A DNA stretch of 64,000 nt from Macrostomum lignano (GCA_002269645.1 NIVC01001774.1:124001-188000), one strand, 5' to 3'. Positions 46,617-59,644 are shown, numbered from the stretch's first letter. Translations and numbers: made by a program. The notes: generated by a model not told the origin, from the letters alone.

Positions 46617-49600
46617 ATGGATCGCAAATCGAATTCCATGCTGCATTTGCTGCATAGGGAGCGGCCGCCCCCGGCCACCGCTACCTCTCCCAGCCAGTTC
46701 TATCGGCGTCCTTTGCCTAGCAACTGTATCGCGTTCAGCAGCGCCGAGGGAAAGGCCATCTTTCAGGTAATGTTTTACTTATGCTTGCCCTCCTTTGTGC
46801 ACCTTTGTACCCTTCCTTTTTTCTTCTTTCTTCCCACTTTCCTTTCTTCCCACTTCCCTCTCCTTTCTTCCCACTTCCCTCTCCTTCCTTTCCCACTTCC
46901 TTCTTCTTCCTTTCCCACTTCCCTCTCCTTCCTTTCCCACTTCCCTCTCCTTCCTTTCCCACTTCCCTCTCCTTCCTTTCCCACTTCCTTCTTCTTCCTT
47001 TCCCACTTCCCTCTCCTTCCTTTCCCACTTCCCTCTCCTTCCTTTCCTACTTCCCTCTCCTTCCTTTTCCACTTCCCTCTCCTTCCTTTCCCGCTTCCCT
47101 CTCCTTCCTTTCCCGCTTCCCTCTCCTTCCTTTCCCACTTCCCTCTCCTTCCTTTCCCACTTCCCTCTCCTTCCTTTCCCACTTCCCTCTCCTTCCTTTC
47201 CCACTTCCCTCTCCTTCCTTTCCCACTTCCCTCTCCTTCCTTTCCCGCTTCCCTCTCCTTCCTTTCCCACTTCCCTCTCCTTCCTTTCCCGCTTCCCTCT
47301 CCTTCTTTTCCCACTTCCCTCTCCTTCCTTTCCCGCTTCCTTCTTCTTCCTTTCCCGCTTCCCTCTCTTTCCTTTCCCGCTTCCCTCTCCTTCCTTTCCC
47401 GCTTCCCTCTCCTTCCTTTCCCACTTCCCTCTCCTTCCTTTCCCACTTCCCTCTCCTTCCTTTCCCGCTTCCCTCTCCTTCCTTTCCCAATTCCTTCTTC
47501 TTCCTTTCCTGCTTCCCTCTCCTTCCTTTCCCACTTCCCTCTCCTTCCTTTCCCACTTCCCTCTCCTTCCTTTCCCACTTCCCTCTCCTTCCTTTCCCAC
47601 TTCCCTCTCCTTCCTTTCCCGCTTCCCTCTCCTTCCTTTCCCGCTTCCCTCTCCTTCCTTTCCCACTTCCTTCTTCTTCCTTTCCTGCTTCCCTCTCCTT
47701 CCTTTCCCACTTCCCTCTCCTTCCTTTCCCACTTCCCTCTCCTTCCTTTCCCACTTCCCTCTCCTTCCTTTCCCGCTTCCTTCTCCTTCCTTTCCCACTT
47801 CCTTCTTCTTCCTTTCCCGCTTCCCTCTCCTTCCTTTCCCGCTTCCCTCTCCTTCCTTTCCCACTTCCCTCTCCTTCCTTTCCCACTTCCCTCTCCTTCC
47901 TTTCCCGCTTCCTTCTTCTTCCTTTCCCGCTTCCTTCTTCTTCCTTTCCCACTTCCTTCTTCTTCCTTTCCTGCTTCCCTCTCCTTCCTTTCCCACTTCC
48001 CTCTCCTTCCTTTCCCACTTCCCTCTCCTTCCTTTCCCACTTCCCTCTCCTTCCTTTCCCGCTTCCCTCTCTTTCCTTTCCCGCTTCCCTCTCTCCTTTC
48101 CCGCTTCCCTCTCTTTCCTTTCCCGCTTCCCTCTCCTTCCTCTCCCGTTCTCCTCTGTGTTCTCACCTTCGCCGCAATCCGGCAGACAATTCGGTCACTT
48201 GCAATTGACATCGCCATATTTAGGAGGCTCTGAAGACTGGCAACATGGAGGGCTACTTCCGGTTGGCGTCTCAGTTTGTGACGCAAGACCACCCGGCCTA
48301 CTGCGGCCTGGCCACGCTAGTGATGTGCCTAAACAGCCTAGAGGTGGATCCCGGACGCGTTTGGAAAGGACCCTGGCGCTGGTTTCACGAGGAGATGCTG
48401 GACTGCTGCGTTCCGCTTAGTAAAGTGCGCAGTTCCGGCATCACAATGAGCGAGTTCATCTGTCTGGCTGAGTGCAACTCGCTGCAGGTAACCGTCCAGT
48501 GTACCATCACTCCAGTGTACCATCACTCCAGTGTACCATCACTCCAGTGTACCATCACTGCAGTGTACCATCACTCCAGTGTACCATCACTCCAGTGTAG
48601 CATCACTCCAGTGTAGCATCACTCCAGTGTACCATCACTCCAGTGTACCATCACTCCAGTGTAGCATCACTCCAGTGTAGCATCACTGCAGTGTACCATC
48701 ACTCCAGTGTACCATCACTCCAGTGTAGCATCACTCCAGTGTACCATCACTGCAGTGTACCATCACTCCAGTGTACCATCACTCCAGTGTAGCATCACTC
48801 CAGTGTACCATCACTCCAGTGTACCATCACTCCAGTGTACCATCACTCCAGTGTACCATCACTCCAGTGTACCATCACTCCAGTGTACCATCACTCCAGT
48901 GTACCATCACTGCAGTGTACCATCACTCCAGTGTAGCATCACTCCAGTGTAGCATCACTCCAGTGTACCATCACTCCAGTGTACCATCACTCCAGTGTAG
49001 CATCACTCCAGTGTAGCATCACTCCAGTGTACCATCACTCCAGTGTACCATCACTCCAGTGTAGCATCACTCCAGTGTAGCATCACTCCAGTGTACCATC
49101 ACTCCAGTGTAGCATCACTCCAGTGTACCATCACTCCAGTGTAGCATCACTCCAGTGTACCATCACTGCAGTGTACCATCACTCCAGTGTAGCATCACTC
49201 CAGTGTACCATCACTGCAGTGTAGCATCACTCCAGTGTAGCATCACTCCAGTGTAGCATCACTCCAGTGTACCATCACTCCAGTGTACCATCACTCCAGT
49301 GTAGCATCACTCCAGTGTACCATCACTCCAGTGTACCATCACTCCAGTGTACCATCACTCCAGTGTAGCATCACTCCAGTGTAGCATCACTCCAGTGTAC
49401 CATCACTCCAGTGTACCATCACTCCAGTGTACCATCACTCCAGTGTACCATCACTCCAGTGTACCATCACTCCAGTGTACCATCACTCCAGTGTACCATC
49501 ACTCCAGTGTACCATCACTCCAGTGTAGCATCACTCCAGTGTAGCATCACTCCAGTGTACCATCACTCCAGTGTACCATCACTCCAGTGTAGCATCACTC

Positions 49601-50970
49601 CAGTGTACCATCACTCCAGTGTACCATCACTCCAGTGTAGCATCACTCCAGTGTAGCATCACTCCAGTGTAGCATCACTCCAGTGTAGCATCACTCCAGT
49701 GTACCATCACTCCAGTGTACCATCACTCCAGTGTACCATCACTCCAGTGTACCATCACTGCAGTGTACCATCACTGCAGTGTACCATCACTCCAGTGTAG
49801 CATCACTCCAGTGTAGCATCACTCCAGTGTAGCATCACTCCAGTGTAGCATCACTCCAGTGTAGCATCACTCCAGTGTAGCATCACTCCAGTGTAGCATC
49901 ACTCCAGTGTAGCATCACTCCAGTGTACCATCACTCCAGTGTAGCATCACTCCAGTGTAGCATCACTCCAGTGTAGCATCACTCCAGTGTAGCATCACTC
50001 CAGTGTACCATCACTCCAGTGTAGCATCACTCCAGTGTACCATCACTCCAGTGTAGCATCACTCCAGTGTAGCATCACTCCAGTGTACCATCACTCCAGT
50101 GTACCATCACTCCAGTGTAGCATCACTCCAGTGTACCATCACTCCAGTGTAGCATCACTCCAGTGTAGCATCACTCCAGTGTAGCATCACTCCAGTGTAC
50201 CATCACTCCAGTGTAGCATCACTCCAGTGTAGCATCACTCCAGTGTACCATCACTCCAGTGTACCATCACTCCAGTGTAGCATCACTCCAGTGTAGCATC
50301 ACTCCAGTGTACCATCACTCCAGTGTACCATCACTCCAGTGTACCATCACTCCAGTGTAGCATCACTCCAGTGTAGCATCACTCCAGTGTAGCATCACTC
50401 CAGTGTAGCATCACTCCAGTGTAGCATCACTCCAGTGTAGCATCACTCCAGTGTACCATCACTCCAGTGTACCATCACTCCAGTGTAGCATCACTCCAGT
50501 GTAGCATCACTCCAGTGTACCATCACTCCAGTGTACCATCACTCCAGTGTACCATCACTCCAGTGTACCATCACTCCAGTGTAGCATCACTCCAGTGTAG
50601 CATCACTCCAGTGTACCATCACTCCAGTGTACCATCACTTCAGTGTACCATCACTTCAGTGTACCATCACTCCAGTGTACCATCACTCCAGTGTACCATC
50701 ACTCCAGTGTACCATCACTGCAGTGTACCATCACTCCAGTGTACCATCACTCCAGTGTAGCATCACTCCAGTGTACCATCACTGCAGTGTACCATCACTC
50801 CAGTGTACCATCACTCCAGTGTACCATCACACCAGTGTACCATCACTCCAGTGTACCATCACTCCAGTGTACCATCACTCCAGTGTACCATCACTGCAGT
50901 GTAGCAAAATTGAACGTGAAAAAGCGAATAGTAATAAGAACGTGAACGTGTAATAAGCGAAATAGATTAG

Positions 50971-51005
<35 letters not shown>

Positions 51006-51422
51006 CGCACGTATGCGGGTCGACTGTTGCCATTGACTTTAACTTCATTTTTAAGGTGTTGCTAACTAATTACCTCTCTTTGCCCCCCCCTCCCTTCGCT
51101 AATCGGCAGGTGGAGCAGCTGGTGATGGCCACGGAGGCGGCCAGCATAGAAGAGTTCGAGCGGGCTGCCCAAGTCTGCAGCCAGTCGGAGGAGAAAATCC
51201 TGGTTGTCAGCTACGGCCGACAAGGCCTCGATCAGACCGGTGACGGCCATTTTGCGCCTATCGGCGGCTACCATCCCGAGCGCCGGCTGCTGCTGGTGAT
51301 GGACACGGCCAGGTTCAAGTATCCGGCGCACTGGGTGCCTCTGGAGCGGATGTGGACTGCGCTGCACTACCCGGACCCGGTGAGCGAGTGCTGCTTGCTG
51401 ATTGTCTGTCTGTCTGTCTGCC

Positions 51423-51463
<41 letters not shown>

Positions 51464-51466
51464 GCC

Positions 51467-51531
<65 letters not shown>

Positions 51532-51545
51532 GTCCATCTATCTAC

Positions 51546-51597
<52 letters not shown>

Positions 51598-54438
51598 ATA
51601 TCTATCTATAGAAGCTGGTTCCAGCAGGTAGTTCCTCTGGATAAAAGCGCTTACCGCGCCCATTGGCTTTTCAGCTGCCTAATTGGTTTCCGGTGATCTT
51701 GTGTGCGTGCTTTCAGCTTGATTGGCTGCGGCTATCTCGCTATCTACTTATCTATCTATCTGAGGCAGCGCTGGCTGTACTTATGACTAAGTGACTAGCC
51801 TCTGATGCTTACCTGCAAATCGAGCTCGATAAAGATAGCCGAGAGGTGACGACAATCGCGACGCCTTTGGGTCTCTTCGGCTACAAAAGGCTCGTTCCCG
51901 GGCTGAAATCTGCATCGGCCATTTTCCAGAAAGCCATGGAAACAATCCTACAGGATGTCAGCAACAAGATTGTCTACCAGGATGACGTCCTCCTGGGAGC
52001 TAAATCCAACGCCGAATTAAGGAGCAAAGTGCAGCACGTTCTCCAGACGATGCGAGCTACTGGAATGACAATCAACCTAGAAAAGTCCAATCTGAGCGCA
52101 ACGGAGGTCAGATTCCTCGGTTACAGCATCAGCGCGAGCGGGATCACCCCGGACCCCAATCTGGTCGGAAAAATTCGCTCCGTGAACTCGCCGAAGGACA
52201 GAAAGCAGCTCGAATCGTTTCTAGGACTTTCCAACTTCTTCGGGAGGTTTATTAAGAATTACTCTGACGTCATAGAACCGCTCAATCAACTCCGGGGCCG
52301 AAACGTTGAGTTCGTCTGGGGCCCAACCCAGGAAGCTGCCTTCACGCGAATCAAGGATCTGCTCTGCAGCGAGCCTGTAATCAAGCCGTATGACAAGCAC
52401 AAAGAGACCACGCTCACTACCGATGCTAGCGAGAAAGCCATCGGAGCGATCCTCTCGCAGGGAAACCACCCGATCATGTGATGTACTTCAGCCGGAGACT
52501 GAGCAGTGCAGAAGCACGGTATTCAAACATCGAGAGAGAGGCGCTGGCGATCGTCTGGGCTATGGAGCGTGCGAAACAGTTCCTATTAGGGTCGCGCTTC
52601 ACACTCAGAACGGATCATCGCCCGCTGGAATTCATCTTCGGGTCGAGGCGCCAGTTGCCGAAGGTTGCCAATGCGAGACTTCTCCGATGGGCAATCAAAC
52701 TGATGGCCTTTGACTATGACATCATCTACACTAAAGGCGAATCGATTCCGCAAGTAGATGCACTTTCACGGCTGGATTTCGAAGGTGACAGCAGCAACGA
52801 GCTGACAGAGCGGTCGGAAAGCATCATTCACTGGACTAGGAGGCTGTGATTCCGTGGCAGGAGCTGAAATCAGAGACCCAAAGGGACCGGTTGCTGGTTG
52901 ATATCATGAAACGCGTTGCTATCAACAGATGGTCAAACTGCTCGCCAGCTGAACGACCTTTCAAGGCCATCCGACACGCCCTCACGACCGACGACGGAGT
53001 TCTCTGCTACGGTGATCGCCCAGTCATCCCGGCTGTCCTCCGACAAAGCGTTCTTGGAATCGTGCACGATACGCATCAGGGATCTGGCTCAACGCGCGCT
53101 CGCCTACAGAACTCAGCCTGGTGGCCTGGATATTGCAACGACGTCGAGGCCTACGTTCGAGGTTGCTCGACCTGCTCAAGACTGCGCCCGAGTGGTCTGG
53201 AGAGTATCCACAGGTGGCCCGACGAAGAAAAGCCGTGGCACAGAGTCCAAATGGATCATGCGTGCGTGCCGAGGGTCGGACTCCTGATCATTCTAGTTAA
53301 CGCTATGTCCGGCTGGCCCGAGGCCGTACGAGTGCAAAACAGGGACGCGGCGACAGTCAAGCGGTTGTTGCAGTCGGTCTTTGCTAGGAACGGCGTGCCT
53401 CATGTGCTGGTCAGCGACAACGCCGCCGAGTTCCACGACGCCAATCTGGTCGCCTGGCTGGAATGAATCGGCTGCCGCGCCATCAAGACTCCCCCGCGAC
53501 ACCCTCAATCTAACGGCTTGGCCGAGCGGATGCTCCAGTCTATCAAGAGAGCATCTGCGGCGCCGGACCAGTCCGAAAGCTACGAGTCGTTCCTGTCCAG
53601 GGTACTCCTAAACTACAGGTGTGTGCCGCATGCTGGGCGCCAGCAGAGCCCGTCGACAACTACGCAACCCGATAACCATGCGCACACCAATTGGAGCGAG
53701 CCTGTGGTACACGCCTGGAGATCAGCAGCGTCAGGAGCGAGCTGAGTTCGTCGTGCAGAAAGGGACCAACACTGCCCTAATCGCTCGTCAAGGCGGTCGC
53801 ATCGCCCTGGCGCATGCGGATCAGCTGAGCCGCGTTGTAGAAGACCAGGTCCAGCCAAACCGATTAGGCCAGAGCCTACCTATCGAACTCGGTCAGGACC
53901 CGCTTGGCGAACTCGGTCAGGACCCGCCTGGCGAACTCGGTCAGGACCCGCCTGGCGAACTCGGTCAGGACCCGCCTGGCGAACTCGGTCAGGACCCGCC
54001 TGGCGAACTCTGTCAGGACCCGCCTGGCGAACTCTGTCAGGACCCGCCTGGCGAACTCGGTCAGGACCCGCTCGGCGAGCTCAGTCGGGACCCGTCCACC
54101 GAATCCGAACAAGGCCCAAGTCAAACAGCAGCACGTCGCTACCCAGCTCGGTCAACTCGAGGCGTGCCCCCTATCCGTTTCGAAGGGGGGAGATGAGGCA
54201 GCGCTGGCTGTACTTATGATTAAGTGACTAGCTGATTAACTATTGAAATATTGACTGTACATCCAGTGTACCCACCACCCCGGCTTCGTGCCCCGTGCGC
54301 CCCGCCACCCCAATGCGTATATTATATATTGAGCATCGTTTGTGTTAGCATCGTTTATGATATATCGAAACTGAGACATCGTTTATTTTACCAAATAATC
54401 GTGCTACTCAGTTGAACTCTTAGTTAAACGGCGCGACA

Positions 54439-54520
<82 letters not shown>

Positions 54521-55479
54521 GTTTATCTATCTATCTATCTATGTATCTATCTATCTATCTATCTATCTGTCTACCTATTTATCTACCCACCTACCTACCT
54601 ATCTCACTGTCTCAGGTTACCGGCCAGCCCCGCGGCTACTGCATTTTGACCCGCGCGTTCGGCTCAGCGCCCGCACCCAGGTTATTTCGCATCTCGCGTC
54701 GCTTCCTAGCCGCCGTCATGGCCACCAGGCGGCCGGGCGTTGACGACCTTCACTGTCCGGCCGACGCCGCATCAGCGTCGAAGCTGCAGGCTGCCTCCGC
54801 CGGCCGGGCGTCGCTGCTGCGCCTGGTTGAAGCCTTCGGCAACTGGCTAGAGCAGACTCGTGATGCCGCCGACGGAGCTAAAAGCCCCGCCGCCGATTCC
54901 GACGCCGACGTCGACGCCAATGCCACCTCCGACACCGACTGGCTGGCCACATTTGCGGCTGCCGCTGGCCACCTACGCGGACTCTGCGAGACTCTGCGGC
55001 TGCGGGAGCTGCCGATCGGGCCGCAATTCGACGCCCAGCTCGTTGCCGAAGCCGCCACCGCCGCCGCCGCCGCCGATTCCGGCGACGGTGTCAACGAAGA
55101 AGTCGACGAACTCGTCGCGACACTCGGCGCTCTCGCCGCCCTGGCCGCCTGTCCACCGGCGGCAGTCGTTTTCGACGCGTTTGCCGGCTGGCGATTCCCC
55201 GTCGCTGGCGGCGTCGAGGAGGCGACGGCGGGAGGCGACGCTCTTGATGAAGCTGAGGATGCTGAGCCGGCGGCCGGAGACCCGGGCATGCTGGCCCTGG
55301 CGCTGCTGATGTCGTGGCCGCTGGACCGGCTGGAGCTCGGCAGCTGGGCCGCCGCCCTGGCCGCCGCCCGCGATCGCGCCATGTCCGACCTGCCCGCTGT
55401 AGCCGTCGACGAGATGCGAACGATTCAACGGAGGCTGGGCTCCCTCATCAGGCGGCATCATCTGTGCTGCAGCTGTTAG
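46617..55479 (+). CDS. PCS: Phytochelatin synthase (glutathione gamma-glutamylcysteinyltransferase), about 515 aa; exons 46617-46766, 48224-48487, 51110-51379, 54616-55479
   Basis: [38 protein letters not shown] (Cys), [26 protein letters not shown] (His), [10 protein letters not shown] (Asp), [10 protein letters not shown]; three phase-0 GT-AG introns. Confidence 0.96.
46830..48142. repeat. 22-bp polypyrimidine minisatellite (CCCACTTCCCTCTCCTTCCTTT), about 60 copies, in PCS intron 1
   Basis: Direct periodicity. Confidence 0.97.
48497..50903. repeat. 16-bp minisatellite (CCAGTGTASCATCACT), about 150 copies, in PCS intron 2
   Basis: Direct periodicity with two main variants (GTAC / GTAG). 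Confidence 0.98.
51403..51608. repeat. Compound (TCTG)n(TCTA)n microsatellite at the start of PCS intron 3
   Basis: Direct; a (TATC)n tract resumes at 54439-54600 after the retrotransposon. Confidence 0.95.
51761..54438 (+). mobile_element. Ty3/Gypsy LTR retrotransposon (RT-RNase H-integrase, K02A2.6/Mag-like), internally deleted
   Basis: [20 protein letters not shown] and [14 protein letters not shown] RNase H, HHCC plus D,D35E integrase; PPT GAAGGGGGGAGA; 245-bp 3' LTR TG...CA (54194-54438); 39-bp 5' LTR stub (51761-51799, 1 mismatch); 5-bp TSD CTATC; several frameshifts and stops. Confidence 0.95.
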
Positions 55480-55745
55480 AGAGTCTGACCAACGTCGCAG
55501 TTAGTCTCATCCATGTTTTCCGGCAGGCATTGTGACAGGCATTTTCTTAAACCCCAGTCAAACTGGTCGATAATGTAGTTTAGTAACTCAGCAGTAAAAT
55601 GAATATTGCATATTTGTTCCCACTTATGGCAAACTGATTGGCCCGCCATTTGACACGCCATATTTTGTACAAAACAGGTGGCTGGTGCAAGGATTTTAAA
55701 TATCCTTTTGCTAATTGGCGTTCAAAGTGTGAAATATTTATGGTA

Positions 55746-56000
55746 CAGGGGGGTCGACAAACTTTTTACCTCCGGCCAGATAGAGAACCCGGGCCAAAGT
55801 AGGGGAGATAGGAGAGGGAATAGAAAAGAGAAATATAAAAAAGGAAAGGCGAGAGAATAAAGGAAGAGAGAAGAGAAAGGTAAGAGAAGACAGCTGACAA
55901 GAGGCACAAACATTGAGCGGGCCGGATTGCTATTGCGAAGTTTTAAAGGACCCGAGGGCTGGATTGAGAGGCTTTGCGGGTCGTAGTTTGCTGACCCCTG
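55746..56000. mobile_element. hAT-type MITE, 255 bp
   Basis: Ends CAGGGGGGTCGACAAAC ... GTTTGCTGACCCCTG; degenerate 8-bp TSD TTATGGTA / CTATAGTA. Confidence 0.75.
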
Positions 56001-56054
56001 CTATAGTAGAACTTTATTAGTACCTTAGATAATCACGCTTGTCTATTACCACGT

Positions 56055-56552
56055 CGCTCCAGAAAAATCACCCCCAAATTACTCCAGAAAAATCACCCCA
56101 AACCACCCAGGAAAATCACACCTGACCATTTTAAAAAATCGCTTTAAACCACTCCAGAAAAATCGCCCCAAACCACTCCAGAAAAATCGCTTTAAACCAC
56201 TCCAGAAAAATCACCCCAAACCATCCAGAAAAATCACCCCAAACCACTCCAGAAAAATCACCCCAAACCACTCAAGAAAAATCACCCCAAACCACTCAAG
56301 AAAAATCACCCCAAACCACTCCAGAAAAATCACCCCAAACCACTCCAGAAAAATCGCCCCAAACCACTCCAGAAACATCACCCCAAACCACTCCTGAAAA
56401 ATCACCCCAAACCACTCAAGAAAAATCACCCCAAACCACTCCAGAAAAATCGCCCCAAACCACTCCAGAAAAATCGCCCCAAACCACTCCAGAAAAATCG
56501 CCCCATACCACTCCAGAAAAATCGCCCCAAACCACTCCAGAAAAATCGCCCA
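56055..56552. repeat. 24-bp minisatellite (AAACCACTCCAGAAAAATCACCCC), about 21 copies
   Basis: Direct periodicity. Confidence 0.95.
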
Positions 56553-57061
56553 AAACTGTACACTTTCTCAAACTTTTTGTACAATTCATTCAAGGCCTTT
56601 AGGAACTCTTGCCTTGGGTTTATTATAAAACTCAATTTCCATACATTCAGCTTTAATCTTGCCGCAAATTGCCTCAATAATCTCATATTTACGAGTATTT
56701 GTTTCATTCGGTATTTTTAAATCCTTTAAGTTTGTTTGCTCTCTGACCCTGAAATCCCACTCAATCTACAACTACTCTGAATCACGTGATTTTCCGTTTG
56801 TTTTTCGGTCTCGTAGTTTTGCTTACAGAAGAAGAAGACAAAGACCTGTGCTTTTAAAACTCCAGACTTCTAGATTGTAAGTCAATGCTGATCAGATAGA
56901 AGCTCAATTATTTTACTGTTTTATTGAACGTCATAATTCAGCTTTTATTAGTATTAGAGACTGTGCTTTTTAAGTTTTTTTGATTTTCCTTTAATACCTA
57001 AACTAACTTCGATGCAAGCAGTCTGCAGAAACCGCTGCCTTATATTCAACTTTTGGCTCGT

Positions 57062-57712
57062 GCACATTCCCCACCCACCCCAATGTACACTCTATCCTGT
57101 ATATTCCCCACCAACCCCAATTTACACTCTATCCTGTCCAATCACCACCCACCCCAATGTACAATCCTGTGTATCCCCACCCACCCCAATGTACACACTA
57201 TCCTGTCTATCCCCACGCGCCTCAATGTACTCACTATCCTATCCATTCCCCCTGCACCCACCCCAATGTACACACAAACCTGTCCATTCTTCACCCACCC
57301 CAATGTACATACTATCCTGTCCATTCCCTACTCACCCCACTGTACACACTATCCTGTCCATTCCCCACTCACCCCACTGTACACACTATCCTGTCCATCC
57401 CCACCCACCCCACTGTACACACTATCCTGTCCATTCCCCACTCACCCCACTGTACACAATATCCTGTCCATTCCCCACTCACCCCACTGTACACACTATC
57501 CTGTCCATTCCCCACTCACCCCACTGTACACACTATCCTGTCCATTCCCCACTCACCCCACTGTACACAATATCCTGTCCATTCCCCACTCACCCCACTG
57601 TACACACTATCCTGTCCATCCCCACCCACCCCAATGTACACTATCCTGTCCATTTCCCGCTCACCCCACGGTACACACTATCCTGTCCATCCCCACCCAC
57701 CCCAATGTACAC
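57062..57712. repeat. 36-37-bp minisatellite (CCCCACTGTACACACTATCCTGTCCATTCCCCACTCA), about 18 copies
   Basis: Direct periodicity with degenerate 5' units. Confidence 0.93.
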
Positions 57713-58319
57713 AACATATGGTATACTGTCAATGGCCATCTTTTGCAGAGTGCTTGCATCCGCTCGTATAAAATGCAATGGAGAGTGTTTTACTTTTGAC
57801 AGTTGCTATATGCATATTTTGTTAGACAATGCCTTCAGCTCTCGGGCACACAAATCCCTTCTTGCTGCACTGTCCTCTAAGCGCTGAATTTATGCGTGCT
57901 TTTTGTAGCTTGAGCACAGATTGTTGTCGAAGTTTTTTAAGGACATTGTGTACTTTTTTATCCAATATTCGCAGCGTATTAACTAATATACTTCAGAGCC
58001 TTTGAAGAAATGAATTTTATCGATTTATAAATTTAGACATCCTCAATAAATATTGCAATATTTCCTTGATTTTAATTTTTTAGTCTGACTTCTGTAATTT
58101 ACTTTGCTCATATCCTGCTCAGAGATAAATCGTTGGGTTCAAAGTACGAGTACTGCGAAAGGCGTGCATTTTTTATAATTATAGCTTTATCTCATTTAAG
58201 TCATGGCTGAATTTGGGGGCACAGCCGCGTCGAACCATATACGAGTATAAATGGAATGTCATTCTGGCTGCAGCTTGGACTGCGCATGGTCTTATAAAAA
58301 ATCAAGCGCTAAACAATAA

Positions 58320-58756
58320 ATGGATCCGAAGCAGCAGTACATCGCTGTGAAGAACCGTAAGTTAATTTTTCGGAAAGCTGAATCAATTAAAGTCTTATAC
58401 TGAGTCTAAAAATGCCGCAAATCCTGCATATTCGAACAGAAAAACCGTCTGCATTGCTACTGGCTGCGTATGATCAATCGGAGTCTGCATGTTCGAGCCG
58501 TGTGAGCAGCTGCAGCAGCGGAAACAGTTCCACAAATAGTTCTCAAACTCGACTGGCGCTGCACTCGGAGCTGTCCATGCGCTGCTGGATGCGCAACCGC
58601 TGCGAGGAGGCCCAGCTTCAGCGCCGCCTGGCTGTCCTGGAGACTCAACGCCAGCAAGCCTGGTTGCGAGCGACTCGTGAAGCCGATAATTTGATGCTCA
58701 AGGCTAGGCAGCAAACTTATCCGACTCAGAACTCATACATGTACCAGGGCATGTAA
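58320..58756 (+). CDS. Small uncharacterised protein, 117 aa; exons 58320-58356 and 58440-58756
   Basis: AAAATG context, strong donor C|GTAAGT, 83-nt intron, phase-1 acceptor AACAG| keeps the frame; GC-rich island in AT-rich DNA; Ser-rich linker then a helical Q/R/E-rich segment. Confidence 0.6.
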
Positions 58757-59100
58757 ATTCATGAACATGTATACTATGATCTACTCCCTTATGCTGATGC
58801 TTGCATATACGTCCGTTGTTACCCAGGTGCCAAATATAAATGCTTATTTAAAGTATGAATGCACGTAACATACACAGTTCATTCCGTTGATTAGGACTGT
58901 CGTGGAATTAAATAAACACGCGGTAAGCATTTATACATGTACTACCTTCAGTGCATGATTTTTTAGCGAGCGATATCTTGCGTTACTTCAATGCTGAGGT
59001 GCATTTTAGCAATAAATAAAATAATTATTGCATACGTATTAGTAGTTAATTAGTGTCTCGTTCGCGATACGATTCCATCTTATAAAAAGTATACCTTTAA

Positions 59101-59644
59101 GGGCGAAGTTAAAATCGACAGTACACAGCTGGGCCTGGCCCTTTCGATTTTTTAAACTAGAAAATGAACAAACGAATAATTTTTTTGAAATATGCGATTA
59201 AAGGAGGGTTTAACTGCTTTTTCTTCGGTATATGTATGCATGTACAGCTTGGTAACTTAACTTATTACTTCCATGCATTGCAGTAAGTTAGTAGCTTTCA
59301 TCAGAAGCTAATACAACTGGATTACAAGTAAAACTTGTCTTAAAATTTTATATTTTAAAGTCGTTAACTCTGAGTTGTTAACTTAATGAAAAAATATCAG
59401 ATGGAAATGTACTTTAGTCAAAGACCCTGGTTTGAAACTATACATGGGGCCGTAAAAAAGCGAACTTCACTGATGCTTTCTTTTTTATAAGTGACTAACA
59501 TAAAATGTTTTAACAGACAACCTGTACAGAATGTTGCTGAATTAACGGTTTTTTTAATGTTATATTGTTTAACGCTTTCTGTTTTAGAACGCATTTACTG
59601 ATCTAATTTCAAACTATGCGAAGTTAAAATTTTAATACTTGGCC
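59101..59644. mobile_element. Possible Kolobok-like non-autonomous element
   Basis: Flanked by TTAA on both sides; weak inverted ends GGGCGAAGTTAAAA / TTTTAATACTTGGCC. Confidence 0.25.
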
